Source: Legionellales bacterium
GTDB lineage: Bacteria; Pseudomonadota; Gammaproteobacteria; Eutrophobiales; Eutrophobiaceae
DNA: 64,000 bases
Assembly: GCA_002721165.1 (NCBI GenBank)
Contig: PBJS01000025.1
Span: forward strand, 3,934 to 67,933
Reading direction: 5' to 3'
This document shows, one piece after another, positions 24,574-36,372 of the stretch. Both the position numbers and the translations under genes were made by a program. The first letter of the stretch is position 1. Each line of letters begins with the position of its first letter. The notes beneath the pieces were generated by a model. It was given only the letters and a program-made list of their open reading frames with translations. It made no database searches and was not told the origin of the DNA.

Positions 24574-25308
24574 ATGAACGGAATACTTTCAATATATAAA
24601 CGTGAATTTACTAGTTACTTTGTAACACCTGTTGCATATGTTTTTATAGTGATATTTCTATTTATGACTGGTGTTTTTACATTTTATCTGGGTGCTTTCT
24701 ATGAAAGTAATCAAGCTGACTTAGAGCCCTTTTTCCGATTCCACCCTTGGTTATATTTATTTTTAATCCCGGCAATATCAATGCGTCTTTGGTCAGATGA
24801 ACGAAAAAGTGGAACCATTGAATTATTGATGACTTTACCGGTATCAATTACGGATACGGTAGTTGCTAAGTATTTAGCTGCTTGGAGTTTTACTGCTATC
24901 GCGCTTAGTTTAACTTTTCCAATGTGGATTACGGTTAATTACCTTGGAAATCCTGATAATACTGTAGTCTTGGCAAGCTATATTGGTAGTTTAATTATGG
25001 CGGGTGGTTTTCTTGCGATTGGCTCTTGTATCTCTGCCCTAACTAAAAGCCAGGTTATTGCTTTCGTGATAAGTGTAGTCATCTGTTTCATGTTTATATT
25101 AAGCGGGTTTCCAATGGTGTTGGATTTATTTGAAGATTGGGCTCCACAGGCTGTTATTGATGCAATCGCTTCTTTCAGTTTTCTTACCCACTTCACATCG
25201 ATCAAAAAAGGTGTGATTGATATACGTGATGTTATTTACTTTGCTGCATTAATAACCTTCTGGCTATACGTCAACGTCGTAATTATTGAAAACAAGAAGG
25301 CGAATTAA
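24574..25308 (+). CDS. ABC-2 family transporter permease (GldF-like)
   Basis: 244 aa, 6 TM helices, immediately after the ATPase. Confidence 0.8.
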   Translation: MNGILSIYKREFTSYFVTPVAYVFIVIFLFMTGVFTFYLGAFYESNQADLEPFFRFHPWLYLFLIPAISMRLWSDERKSGTIELLMTLPVSITDTVVAKYLAAWSFTAIALSLTFPMWITVNYLGNPDNTVVLASYIGSLIMAGGFLAIGSCISALTKSQVIAFVISVVICFMFILSGFPMVLDLFEDWAPQAVIDAIASFSFLTHFTSIKKGVIDIRDVIYFAALITFWLYVNVVIIENKKAN

Positions 25309-25311
25309 TTA

Positions 25312-27189
25312 ATGAAACATTCAGTTAGAAGTAGCGTAATTTCAGGAACTGGTCTTGTGCTTGCAGTGTGTTTGTTCATTGCCACTATAGTTCTTGCAAA
25401 TACTGCACTAACAACCTGGCGTGTTGACTTGACACAAAATAAACTATTTACGCTTTCGAAAGGAACCATAAATATCCTTAATAACTTAGAAGAACCAATT
25501 CAGCTTGATTTTTATTTTTCACAAAAAGCAATGAATGACTTCCCGCTATTAGCTAATTACGGAATTCGTGTAAGAGATATGTTGGAAGAACTTGCAACCC
25601 ATGCACATAATAAATTAATACTAAATATAATTGAACCAGAGACATTCTCAGAGTCAGAGGATCAGGCTGTAGCTAGCGGTTTAAGAACTGTTTCGGTTAA
25701 TGCTAATAGTGATAGAGTTTATTTTGGGTTAGTCGGTACAAATTCGACTGATGATGAAAAGGTTATTCCTTTCTTCCAAACTAATCGTGAATCTGCGCTT
25801 GAATATGACTTAACTAAATTAATTTACAATCTTGCTTACCCTGATAAACGCATTGTTGGTATTTATTCACAACTACCGATCATTGGTAAAAAAGGAGACC
25901 AAACTGCGCCGACTTGGACTATCGTTAATGCATTAAAAGAATTCTTTGAAATTATAGATCTTAATGAAAATCTTGATGCACTTAATCAAAAACTTGATGT
26001 TTTGATGTTAGTCCATCCAAAAAAATTAGATACAAAAACTTTATACGCGATCGATCAATATTTATTGAGAGGGGGTAAGGCTATTATTTTTCTCGATCCT
26101 CTCGCAGAACAAGATAGAACACAACCTGACGCTGCTAGCCCCAATGTTATGCCTGTACTTTATTCATATTTAGATGAAATACTTGAAAAATGGGGGCTTC
26201 AAATAAGCAAGGAAAAAATTGTTGCCGACATAAATGCGGCAATGCGTGTTCAAGCGAGCGGTCCACGTGGCCCACAGGAAATTGATTACCTTCCATGGCT
26301 AAGACTTACAGAAAAGAACTTTAATAGTGAAGATTTCTCAACCAGCGAATTGAATATATTACATATGGGTACTGTTGGAGCAATTGAAAGTATTGATGAA
26401 AAGGAAATAAAAGTGGAAATAACGCCACTTATTCAAACTTCAAAACAATCATCAAAATTAGAACGTGATTTAATACTTTTTCAACGTGACCCCACTGTCA
26501 TTTTGAATAATTTTAAGTCAGATGATAAAAATATACTTATTGCGGGACGTATAAAAGGGAAGGTTCAAACAGTATTTCCAGATGGGTTCCCTGTTGATAT
26601 AGATATAGAACAATTGCCCGACGATGACTTTATTAGTGAAGGAGATATTAATGTCATTTTAGTATCAGACACAGATATCCTCGCTGATCATTTTTGGATT
26701 CGAAAACAAGATATGCTTGGAGTATCTGTCCCACAACCAATTTCAAATAACGGCGATTTTGTAATAAATAGCATTGAGAATCTTTCTGGTAGTACTGATC
26801 TAATAAGTTTACGTGGTCGTGGCAAATACTCGAGACCATTCGAAAAAGTTGAAGCTATACGCAAGCAGGCTGAATCAGAGTTTCGTGAACGTGAAAAAGA
26901 ATTACAAGTAGCTCTTGAAGAAACTGAAAATGAAATACGAAAACTTCAGCAAGAACAGGGTAATGAAAAATCATATCTTCTTAATAACAAATTAACCGCT
27001 GAAATTGAAAAATTTAGAAATGAGCGGCTAGCAACAAGAAAAGAATTACGTAGTGTTCAACACGATCTAAGAAAGAATATAGAAAAACTTGGTTCGCAAT
27101 TACGGTTTATTAATATTGGATTAATCCCACTGTTAATAACGCTACTAGCTTTAATGATTGGTATCTATCGAGCAAACAAACGAATATAA
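25312..27189 (+). CDS. GldG-family ABC-transporter auxiliary protein (Gldg domain)
   Basis: 625 aa. N-terminal TM helix, a large periplasmic domain, a C-terminal coiled coil (EKELQVALEETENEIRKLQQE) and a terminal TM helix. This is the GldG architecture. Confidence 0.7.
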   Translation: MKHSVRSSVISGTGLVLAVCLFIATIVLANTALTTWRVDLTQNKLFTLSKGTINILNNLEEPIQLDFYFSQKAMNDFPLLANYGIRVRDMLEELATHAHNKLILNIIEPETFSESEDQAVASGLRTVSVNANSDRVYFGLVGTNSTDDEKVIPFFQTNRESALEYDLTKLIYNLAYPDKRIVGIYSQLPIIGKKGDQTAPTWTIVNALKEFFEIIDLNENLDALNQKLDVLMLVHPKKLDTKTLYAIDQYLLRGGKAIIFLDPLAEQDRTQPDAASPNVMPVLYSYLDEILEKWGLQISKEKIVADINAAMRVQASGPRGPQEIDYLPWLRLTEKNFNSEDFSTSELNILHMGTVGAIESIDEKEIKVEITPLIQTSKQSSKLERDLILFQRDPTVILNNFKSDDKNILIAGRIKGKVQTVFPDGFPVDIDIEQLPDDDFISEGDINVILVSDTDILADHFWIRKQDMLGVSVPQPISNNGDFVINSIENLSGSTDLISLRGRGKYSRPFEKVEAIRKQAESEFREREKELQVALEETENEIRKLQQEQGNEKSYLLNNKLTAEIEKFRNERLATRKELRSVQHDLRKNIEKLGSQLRFINIGLIPLLITLLALMIGIYRANKRI

Positions 27190-27199
27190 ATTACTACTT

Positions 27200-28285
27200 A
27201 TGATTAAAAATAAACTTGTCATTCTATCTTTTATCACGATTATTGTTATTGTTGCTGCCTCAATATTTGCGAATTTGCGTGCTCCGCAATCACAAAAAGA
27301 AAAAATACCTTTTTTCCCGGAATTAGCAAATCAGATTGAATCTATCAGTGCAATATCAATTAAAGGATATAGTGAATCCATTAATCTTACCCGTGAAAAT
27401 AATATTTGGGGAATCGATGAATTTGATGGCTATCCTGCATTGCTAGATAAGGTAAAAAGTACTGTGCTTGGAGCTGCAGATCTGAAAATTAATGCCCCGA
27501 AAACAGCTTTACCTAGACTATATCACCGACTGGGTGTTGAGGGACCGGATGTTGAAGATACGAATTCCTTATTACTTACTCTATATGGCTCCAACAAAGA
27601 CAAGATCATTGAAGTGATTGTTGGCAAATCAAGGCTTAGCAGTTCAGCAAAAAATATTTCTGGTCTTTATGTTAGAAAACCTAAAGAAGAAAAATCTTAT
27701 CTTGTAGATGGAGTCCTTGATATATCCTCAATAAAAACAGACTGGATAAATCGAAACCTCTTTGATGTACCAGCAGAGTCAGTTAAATCAGTCAACATTA
27801 GTCATTCTGATGGTGACTCTTATACTTTATATAAAGATGAGCAGGGTCAGGAAAAATTCGATCTGGAAAACATGCCTATTGGTCAAGAACTGGCATCCGA
27901 ATTAATTATTAATAGGTTTGGCACAATTCTCCAAGATGTGCAAATAAGTGGGGCCAAATCAAAAAAAGTACTTAGTAAGCAAAGCAAAAATACACACATT
28001 AAGATTAAAACTTTTGAGGGTATTGTTGGTAATGTTATTGCCTTCAAACACGATGACATTGCCTATGCGTCTTTCGAATTTTCATACGAGGAAGAAATCG
28101 GGAGCATTAATAATGAAGAAGAAGTAAAAGATGAAGATATTAAAAAATTTATCGCTAATCTTAATTCAGACACTAAAAATTGGTGGTTTGAAATACCCGA
28201 GTTCAAATATGATATTATTAAAAGACGATTAAACACAATCACACGAGATATTCAAAGTACTAGTCCCGAAGAAGTAACAGAATAA
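27200..28285 (+). CDS. DUF4340-domain protein (conserved partner of GldG-type ABC systems)
   Basis: N-terminal TM anchor followed by a periplasmic domain. Fourth gene of the cluster; start placed at ATG 27200 after the gldG stop. Confidence 0.5.
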   Translation: MIKNKLVILSFITIIVIVAASIFANLRAPQSQKEKIPFFPELANQIESISAISIKGYSESINLTRENNIWGIDEFDGYPALLDKVKSTVLGAADLKINAPKTALPRLYHRLGVEGPDVEDTNSLLLTLYGSNKDKIIEVIVGKSRLSSSAKNISGLYVRKPKEEKSYLVDGVLDISSIKTDWINRNLFDVPAESVKSVNISHSDGDSYTLYKDEQGQEKFDLENMPIGQELASELIINRFGTILQDVQISGAKSKKVLSKQSKNTHIKIKTFEGIVGNVIAFKHDDIAYASFEFSYEEEIGSINNEEEVKDEDIKKFIANLNSDTKNWWFEIPEFKYDIIKRRLNTITRDIQSTSPEEVTE

Positions 28286-28424
28286 ATTTTAAGCGGCCAA
28301 ATCCCTGTTATGTGTTTAGTTATATTCTTGGATATCCATATTTTCTCTATTTTAACTTAAAGAACTTGGATATTATTCTTCTGCCGATGCGGTATAATTT
28401 CAGCCAGCAAAGACGGCAAAAAAA

Positions 28425-29348
28425 ATGACGCAAAAGAAAAAACAAAATCCGGCTGGTAATTCTGAACTGAGCTTTCAGGAACTAATCTTCGAACTTCAAA
28501 AATACTGGTCAACTCAAGAGTGTGTCATTATACAACCCTATGATATTGAAATGGGCGCAGGGACATTCCATCCTGCCACATTTCTCCGTGCTATTGGACC
28601 AGAGCCATGGCGCACGGCATACGCACAAGCATCCAGAAGGCCGACTGATGGTCGCTTTGGTGAGAATCCTAATAGACTACAACATTACTATCAATTCCAG
28701 GTTATTCTCAAACCATCGCCTGACAATATTCAAGAACTCTATCTAACCTCACTCGGCGCTATTGGTATTGATGTAAAAAAACATGATATACGTTTCGTTG
28801 AAGATAACTGGGAATCCCCGACACTCGGTGCATGGGGGCTTGGCTGGGAAGTTTGGTTGGATGGAATGGAAATCAGTCAATTCACCTACTTTCAACAAGT
28901 AGGGGGGCTAGATTGTAGGCCCGTCACTGGTGAAATTACTTATGGGCTCGAACGAATTGCCATGTGTTTACAAAATTGCGCTGACTTATTTGAAATTGCA
29001 TGGACACGAACAAAAAAAGGTGAAGTAACTTATGGCGACATCTACCACCAAAATGAAGTTGAAATGTCTCGCTATAATTTCGATTTGGCGAATACAAAAG
29101 CGCTATTTAATTGGTTTGATACATGTGAAAAAGAATCACAAAAACTCATCAAGGAAGGACTGCCAATCCCTGCATATGAAATGGCAATGAAGGCTTCACA
29201 TTCATTTAATTTGCTCGATGCACGCGGGGCCATTTCAGTAACGGAGCGGCAACGTTATATTTTACGTGTTAGATCGCTTTCAAATGCAGTAGCCCAATCC
29301 TATTTAGAAAGTCGTGAAAAACTAGGATTCCCACTAGTAAAAAGTTAA
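28425..29348 (+). CDS. glyQ: Glycine--tRNA ligase alpha subunit
   Basis: Collinear with E. coli GlyQ ([13 protein letters not shown] ... [14 protein letters not shown]). Confidence 0.96.
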   Translation: MTQKKKQNPAGNSELSFQELIFELQKYWSTQECVIIQPYDIEMGAGTFHPATFLRAIGPEPWRTAYAQASRRPTDGRFGENPNRLQHYYQFQVILKPSPDNIQELYLTSLGAIGIDVKKHDIRFVEDNWESPTLGAWGLGWEVWLDGMEISQFTYFQQVGGLDCRPVTGEITYGLERIAMCLQNCADLFEIAWTRTKKGEVTYGDIYHQNEVEMSRYNFDLANTKALFNWFDTCEKESQKLIKEGLPIPAYEMAMKASHSFNLLDARGAISVTERQRYILRVRSLSNAVAQSYLESREKLGFPLVKS

Positions 29349-29359
29349 ACAATTCAAAA

Positions 29360-31435
29360 ATGGTAAAAAAACAAGATTTATTAATCGAAATTGGCACAGA
29401 GGAATTACCACCAAAGTCTTTAAAAAATCTTGCGGCAATTTTTAGAGAACAAATGTGTCTTGCTTTAAAAGATGAAGAATTAGATTTTAGTGATGCTAAT
29501 TGGTATGCAACTCCACGAAGGCTTTCACTAATAATAAAAGATGTTGATACAACTCAAAAAGATAAAAAGAGCCAACGCAAGGGGCCATCTTTATCTGCTG
29601 CATTCGATAAAAATAAAAAACCTACACAAGCGACATTAGGATTCGCTAGATCTTGTAATGTTGGGGTTGAAAAATTAGAAAAATTCGAAAATGAGAAGGG
29701 AGCCTGGTTAGTATTCAATACGATTTTAAAAGGTAAAAAGACTGATAAACTTATTCCTAAATTGGTAGAAACTATTTTAGAGCGCTTGCCTATCGCAAAA
29801 CGGATGCGTTGGGGAAATCATAATATTGAGTTTGTTAGACCAATTAAATGGACTCTTATTTTATTAGGAAATAAGCCGCTCAATTGCAAAATTCTTGGTA
29901 TAGAATCAGGAACATGTAGCTATGGGCATCGTTACCACTATCCTGACGCACTGGAAATAAAAAAACCAAGTGAATACATAGATACATTAAAGAACAAAGG
30001 ATATGTTATTGTTGACTATGATGAACGTCTTTCATTAATTAAAACTCAAATATCGAAAATTGCAAAAAGTAATAAGGGAAATGTAATTATTGATTCAGAA
30101 TTACTTGATGAAGTTACATCTCTAGTTGAATGGCCAGTCAGTTTTTTAGGAAATTTCGAACAAGAATTTCTTAAATTGCCGAAAGAAGTGCTCATTGCGA
30201 CAATGCAAGATAATCAAAAATATTTCCCAGTTGCAAATGATAAAGGTGAGCTAATGCCGCTATTCATTTGTGTATCAAATATTGAAAGTAGCGATCTTGA
30301 ATCAGTGAAAAGGGGAAATGAAAGAGTTATAAGACCAAGACTAAACGATGCTGTTTTTTTCTGGGAATGGGATTTGAAGTATGGCTTAAAAAATCATCAT
30401 AAGTCACTAAGTGATGTAGTTTATCAAAAAGATCTGGGGACACTGCATGATAAATCAGAACGCATATCAGAAACTCTTATATCAATAGCAAAGAAAATGA
30501 ATATCGATACTGGCTCAGCAAAAACTGTTGCCAAGCTCTGTTTCTGTGATTTACTTACGAAAATGGTTTCTGAATTTCCCAACTTACAAGGAACGATGGG
30601 ATACTATTATGCAAAAGCTGATGGTGAAAATGACGATTTAGCACTAGCATTAGAAGAACTTTATCAACCGCGTTTTGCTGGGGATAAACTACCAAAAACT
30701 TTGCTTGGTCAATGTTTATCAATAAGCGAAAAAATTGATAGTCTCATCGGTATATTCTCGATTGGAAAAGCACCAACTGGAGATAAAGATCCTTTTGCAT
30801 TACGACGTTCAGCAATAGGGCTTTTGCGTATTATCATTGAGTGCAAAATTGATATTGATTTGAAAGATTTACTATCAACAGCAGCATCAAATTTCACCAA
30901 TAAAAATCAAACATCAAATTGTATTAATGATGTCTATACATTCCTAATGGAACGATTACGTTATTATTATCGTGATGAAGGGTTTGGTGCCGATGTATTT
31001 GAATCTGTACTCGCTGTTAATACGAATAAGCCTTTGGATTTTCATCATCGTATTGTTGCTGTTGCTGAGTTTAAAAAACTCGATGAAGCCAAAAGTTTGG
31101 CAGCTGCAAATAAACGAATTATCAATCTATTGAAAAAGTCTGAAAAAAGTACTTCGGTAAAAATAAAAGATAGCCTGTTAGTAGAAAAATCAGAAATAAA
31201 ATTAGCAAGTAAGCTTGTCGATTATAAAAAAATAATTACTCCCTTGATTGATAATCGTAATTATAAATCTGCACTTACAGAACTAGCTGGATTAAAAAAG
31301 GATATCGACAATTTTTTTGACAATGTGATGGTCATGTGTGATGAAGCTGAACTTAAAAAAAATAGACTGGCAATATTGAACAATCTAAATTCTCTATTTT
31401 TACAGACTGCTGATATCTCAAAGTTACAGGATTGA
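29360..31435 (+). CDS. glyS: Glycine--tRNA ligase beta subunit
   Basis: 691 aa; immediately downstream of glyQ. Confidence 0.93.
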   Translation: MVKKQDLLIEIGTEELPPKSLKNLAAIFREQMCLALKDEELDFSDANWYATPRRLSLIIKDVDTTQKDKKSQRKGPSLSAAFDKNKKPTQATLGFARSCNVGVEKLEKFENEKGAWLVFNTILKGKKTDKLIPKLVETILERLPIAKRMRWGNHNIEFVRPIKWTLILLGNKPLNCKILGIESGTCSYGHRYHYPDALEIKKPSEYIDTLKNKGYVIVDYDERLSLIKTQISKIAKSNKGNVIIDSELLDEVTSLVEWPVSFLGNFEQEFLKLPKEVLIATMQDNQKYFPVANDKGELMPLFICVSNIESSDLESVKRGNERVIRPRLNDAVFFWEWDLKYGLKNHHKSLSDVVYQKDLGTLHDKSERISETLISIAKKMNIDTGSAKTVAKLCFCDLLTKMVSEFPNLQGTMGYYYAKADGENDDLALALEELYQPRFAGDKLPKTLLGQCLSISEKIDSLIGIFSIGKAPTGDKDPFALRRSAIGLLRIIIECKIDIDLKDLLSTAASNFTNKNQTSNCINDVYTFLMERLRYYYRDEGFGADVFESVLAVNTNKPLDFHHRIVAVAEFKKLDEAKSLAAANKRIINLLKKSEKSTSVKIKDSLLVEKSEIKLASKLVDYKKIITPLIDNRNYKSALTELAGLKKDIDNFFDNVMVMCDEAELKKNRLAILNNLNSLFLQTADISKLQD

Positions 31436-31438
31436 TAG

Positions 31439-31975
31439 GTGAAACTTATAATTTTAGATAGAGATGGAGTAATCAATGAAGACTCTGATGATTATATAAA
31501 ATCTCCAGATGAATGGATTCCAATCGCCGGTAGTTTAGAAGCACTCGGCAAGCTTTCACAAAATGGTTTCAAAGTAATCATTATTACTAATCAATCTGGT
31601 ATAGGGAGAAAAATTTTCTCTATCGAAATGCTTAACGCAATACATAAGAAAATGAGCATTAATCTTGCACAATATGGAGGTGTAATTGATGGGATTTTCT
31701 TTTGTCCCTGTGCCCCCGAAGAAAATTGCAATTGTAGAAAACCAAAATCGGGTTTATACAACGAAGTATCTGATAGATTGCAAATATCGTTAGAAAACGT
31801 CTTTTGTGTGGGCGACAAAATTACCGATATACAAGCAGCACAAAATGCGCGAGCTAAGCCCATACTTGTCAAAACCGGAAATGAAAATGATGATAGCGGT
31901 AATATCCCTAAAAATATTCCAATTTATGATGATCTTTTATCTTTTGTTAATAAGATAATTACAGAAAAAATATAA
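31439..31975 (+). CDS. gmhB: D-glycero-beta-D-manno-heptose-1,7-bisphosphate 7-phosphatase (HAD, histidinol-phosphatase-like)
   Basis: HAD motif I DRDGVIN; Zn-binding C-x-C motifs (CPC ... CNCRKP). Confidence 0.85.
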   Translation: MKLIILDRDGVINEDSDDYIKSPDEWIPIAGSLEALGKLSQNGFKVIIITNQSGIGRKIFSIEMLNAIHKKMSINLAQYGGVIDGIFFCPCAPEENCNCRKPKSGLYNEVSDRLQISLENVFCVGDKITDIQAAQNARAKPILVKTGNENDDSGNIPKNIPIYDDLLSFVNKIITEKI

Positions 31976-32682
31976 TGCTATTTTTAAGATCACTTCTCTT
32001 TTATATAGGTCAAATCATCAGCACAATATTAATTGCCCCAGTAGGTGTGATCGCCTTTCCTTTAGATTTTAAAAAACGCTACTACCTTATTACACGCTGG
32101 GCAGTCTTTAATTTATGGTGGCTTAAAATATGTTGCAATGTTACATATGAAATTTTAGGCAAAGAGAATATCCCAAAAAAACCTTGTATTGTTATGTGCA
32201 AACATCAATCAGCATTCGAGACATTAGCATTACAAAGAATTTTTATCCCACAGGTCTGGATACTAAAAAAAGAGTTACTACAAATCCCAATTTATGGTTG
32301 GGGACTCGCCTCCATGCAACCTATTGCTATAAATCGTGATTCATCGATCAAATCATTTAAACAAATCGCTGACCAAGGCTGTGAGCGTTTAGAAAAAGGG
32401 TACTGGGTTATTATTTTTCCGGAAGGTACTCGTGTTGCCCCAAATAAAAAGAAAAAATATCTACCAGGAGGAGGAATGCTTGCAGAAAAATCAGGTGCCC
32501 GAATTGTTCCGGTGGCACACAATGCTGGGCGTCTATGGCCACGAAATAGCATGATTAAAAAACCTGGATTAATTACAATAAAGATTGGACCAGTAATGGA
32601 ATCTAAAAATAAAACTGCTAAAGAGATAACAAATAATGTGGAAAACTGGATCGAAAAAACAGTCGGGGAACTGCCTAGTTAA
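31975..32682 (+). CDS. plsC: 1-acyl-sn-glycerol-3-phosphate acyltransferase
   Basis: HX4D motif in the KHQSAFETL context; FPEGTR motif. Confidence 0.8.
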   Translation: MLFLRSLLFYIGQIISTILIAPVGVIAFPLDFKKRYYLITRWAVFNLWWLKICCNVTYEILGKENIPKKPCIVMCKHQSAFETLALQRIFIPQVWILKKELLQIPIYGWGLASMQPIAINRDSSIKSFKQIADQGCERLEKGYWVIIFPEGTRVAPNKKKKYLPGGGMLAEKSGARIVPVAHNAGRLWPRNSMIKKPGLITIKIGPVMESKNKTAKEITNNVENWIEKTVGELPS

Positions 32683-33699
<1,017 letters not shown>

Positions 33700-33701
33700 A
33701 A

Positions 33702-35105
33702 TTACAAACTAATATTCAATTGTTTTATTTTTCTAGTCAGGGTATTTCTCCCCCAACCAAGTAATTTTGCAGCATCCTGTCTACGTCCACCTGTCTTTTT
33801 CAAAGCCTCCTCGATCAAAATAGTTTCAAATAAGGGTACTGAATTTTTTAATAATTTTATATCTCCGCTTACTAGACTAGACGCAACCCATTTTCTAAAA
33901 TTTAATTCCCAAGAATCATTTTCATCATTTATAACGGTATCTTTTTTCAATTCGGGTGGCAGGTCATCAATATGTATTTCTGTATCTGACGCCATTACTG
34001 TTATCCAACGACAAAAATTCTCAAGCTGTCTAACATTACCAGGCCATGGTAATGTCATTAAATAATTCTCCGTATCTGGTAATAACTGCTTTCTTTCTTC
34101 GCCTAATTCTTTTGCTGCAGAATCAAGAAAATATTTTGAAAGCTCGCTGATATCAGTTTTTCTATCTCGTAACGATGGTACGTGTACTCTTATAACATTC
34201 AGTCGGTGTAATAAATCCTCACGAAATCTACCTTCTTGCACTAAGCTCTCAAGATTCTGGTGTGTAGCAGCAATTACACGAACATCTACCTTTATCGGCG
34301 TATGACCACCCACACGGTAAAACTCACCTTCTGCTAAAATTCGAAGTAATCGTGTTTGCAAATCTGCTGGCATATCACCAATTTCATCTAGAAAGAGGGT
34401 GCCGCCATTAGCTTGCTCAAAGTGACCCTCTCTTTTTGAAGTTGCGCCTGTAAAAGCACCTTTCTCATGCCCAAATAGTTCTGATTCAAGCAAATCCTTT
34501 GGGATAGCAGCAGTATTTATTGCAACAAATCGGCTCTTTGACCTAGGGCTATGTGCATGCAACGCCGCAGCTATTAATTCCTTCCCTGTGCCAGATTCAC
34601 CAGTAATTAGAACTGTAAAATTAGAATTTGATAATCGGCCAATTGCCTTAAATATCTCCTGCATTGCTGGAGCTGATCCAATAATTGGAGTGTCTTGAGT
34701 ATCTGACTCGGTAGTAAGTAATGAATCATCCGATTGCTTATTTGTTATCGCACGCCTAACCAAACTTACAACCTCATCCACATCAAACGGCTTAGAAAGA
34801 TATTCATATGCTCCTCCTTGAAACGCTGAAACAGCCCTATCAAGATCGGAGTATGCAGTCATTATGATTACTGGAATATTTGGAGAATGTCTTTTAATAC
34901 GATCTAATAATGAAATTCCATCCATACCAGGCATACGAATATCGGTGATAATAACATCTGGTTCTTCAGCATTAATCTTTACTAGCACTTCATCAGGATG
35001 AGAAAAACTTTCGATATCAATATCAGACGATTTCAAAGCCTTTTCTAGAACCCAACGAATAGATTTATCATCATCAACAATCCATACTTTCTTATTATTT
35101 TGCAT
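33702..35105 (-). CDS. glnG: Nitrogen regulation protein NtrC (sigma54-dependent response regulator)
   Basis: Receiver domain (VWIVDDD ... IRMPGMDG), AAA+ sigma54-interaction domain (GESGTGKE, GAFTGA) and a C-terminal Fis-type HTH. Start chosen at MQNNKKVWIV by alignment to E. coli NtrC. Confidence 0.93.
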   Translation of the reverse strand: MQNNKKVWIVDDDKSIRWVLEKALKSSDIDIESFSHPDEVLVKINAEEPDVIITDIRMPGMDGISLLDRIKRHSPNIPVIIMTAYSDLDRAVSAFQGGAYEYLSKPFDVDEVVSLVRRAITNKQSDDSLLTTESDTQDTPIIGSAPAMQEIFKAIGRLSNSNFTVLITGESGTGKELIAAALHAHSPRSKSRFVAINTAAIPKDLLESELFGHEKGAFTGATSKREGHFEQANGGTLFLDEIGDMPADLQTRLLRILAEGEFYRVGGHTPIKVDVRVIAATHQNLESLVQEGRFREDLLHRLNVIRVHVPSLRDRKTDISELSKYFLDSAAKELGEERKQLLPDTENYLMTLPWPGNVRQLENFCRWITVMASDTEIHIDDLPPELKKDTVINDENDSWELNFRKWVASSLVSGDIKLLKNSVPLFETILIEEALKKTGGRRQDAAKLLGWGRNTLTRKIKQLNISL

Positions 35106-36204
35106 TACCATGCTCGATTGGGAATAGTATTGAGAAATAGGTACAATTTTCTTTTCTTTCATAATTGATTTTCCCGCCATGTGACTGAATTAATTGTTGG
35201 GCAATAGACAGCCCAAGTCCGGTTCCTCCGGCATGGCCTGTAACCATAGGATAAAATACTCCAGATTCTATTTCCGCTGGTATGCCAGGTCCGTTGTCAA
35301 TAATATCGATCTGAACAGCTAGTCGATTAAGTTTATTTTGAATTGTTATCTGACGTTGAATACGTGTTCTTATCAAAATACTTTCATCTTCTTTTGTTGC
35401 TTGAACTGCATTTCTTAATAAATTTAAAACTGCTTGAATAAGTTGTTCTCTATCAGCAAAAATACTGGGTATACTTGGGTCATAATCTTTCTGAATATTT
35501 AGGTTTCGAGAACTCTCAGCACTAATAATAGAGACTACATACTCAACAATTTCATGGATATTTGTCTCAGATTTTACGGGGTGAGTATTAGCAGCCATCA
35601 TACGGTCAACAAAATTTCTTAACCGATCTGATTCATTGATTATAATATTCGTATACTCAAGTAAACTTTTATCATCCAGTTCTTTTTCCATTAATTGTGC
35701 TGCACCACGTATACCACCCAATGGATTCTTAATTTCATGAGCCATTCCTTGTACAGATTCTTTTGCTGCTTTTTGTACAGTCTCTTGATTAAATTCTTGC
35801 ATTACACGAACAAAAGCATCTGCACTAACTAGCTCAACGAGAATTTCTTTTGTCACCTCATCGATAAGAAGTGGGGTAAATATACAATCCACTTTAATTG
35901 TGTTTTGATTAATAAGCTGCATTTCGATGCCGCGCTCTATTCGCGTAGTTGCAAACTGAAAAGAATTTTTGATCGCATCTGTAAAAAATGGAGTATTTGG
36001 CCATACTTCTCCAGGTGTTTTGCCTAGTAATCGTTTACTACTTAGAGATAATAAGTTCTCCCCCGCACTATTGATTGAAACCAAATGCAGTTTCTCGTCA
36101 AATAACAAAACTGCGGTTGCTAAATGATCAAAAATGCGTACAGCTCTTTCTTCTAGCTGGGTCATAGTATACTTATTATTGCACTCTTTTAGTGCATGTT
36201 TCAC
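35095..36204 (-). CDS. glnL: Nitrogen regulation sensor histidine kinase NtrB
   Basis: PAS domain plus an H-box (MAHEIKNPLGGIRG) and N/G1/G2 ATPase boxes. GTG start with an AGGA RBS. Confidence 0.9.
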   Translation of the reverse strand: MKHALKECNNKYTMTQLEERAVRIFDHLATAVLLFDEKLHLVSINSAGENLLSLSSKRLLGKTPGEVWPNTPFFTDAIKNSFQFATTRIERGIEMQLINQNTIKVDCIFTPLLIDEVTKEILVELVSADAFVRVMQEFNQETVQKAAKESVQGMAHEIKNPLGGIRGAAQLMEKELDDKSLLEYTNIIINESDRLRNFVDRMMAANTHPVKSETNIHEIVEYVVSIISAESSRNLNIQKDYDPSIPSIFADREQLIQAVLNLLRNAVQATKEDESILIRTRIQRQITIQNKLNRLAVQIDIIDNGPGIPAEIESGVFYPMVTGHAGGTGLGLSIAQQLIQSHGGKINYERKENCTYFSILFPIEHGNAK

Positions 36205-36302
36205 CTAATATTCCTCATTTTTATATCTAATCTTAAATTTTTTTTAATGATTACAATGGCTTAACTTTCTTAAAAAAAAACTCATTTTCTTACAATATAT
36301 GA

Positions 36303-36318
36303 TGCAAGAAACAGACCA
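36303..36318 (-). promoter_or_regulatory. Candidate sigma54 (-24/-12) promoter upstream of ntrB: TGGTCT-N5-TTGCA
   Basis: Minus strand reads TGGTCTGTTTCTTGCA, i.e. GG-N10-GC with a perfect TTGCA -12 element, about 100 bp upstream of the ntrB start. Confidence 0.35.
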
Positions 36319-36372
36319 TCGACCCTAAATAAAGCAAACTTTTTGAGATATTAGATTCTGTTGATTTGGTGA

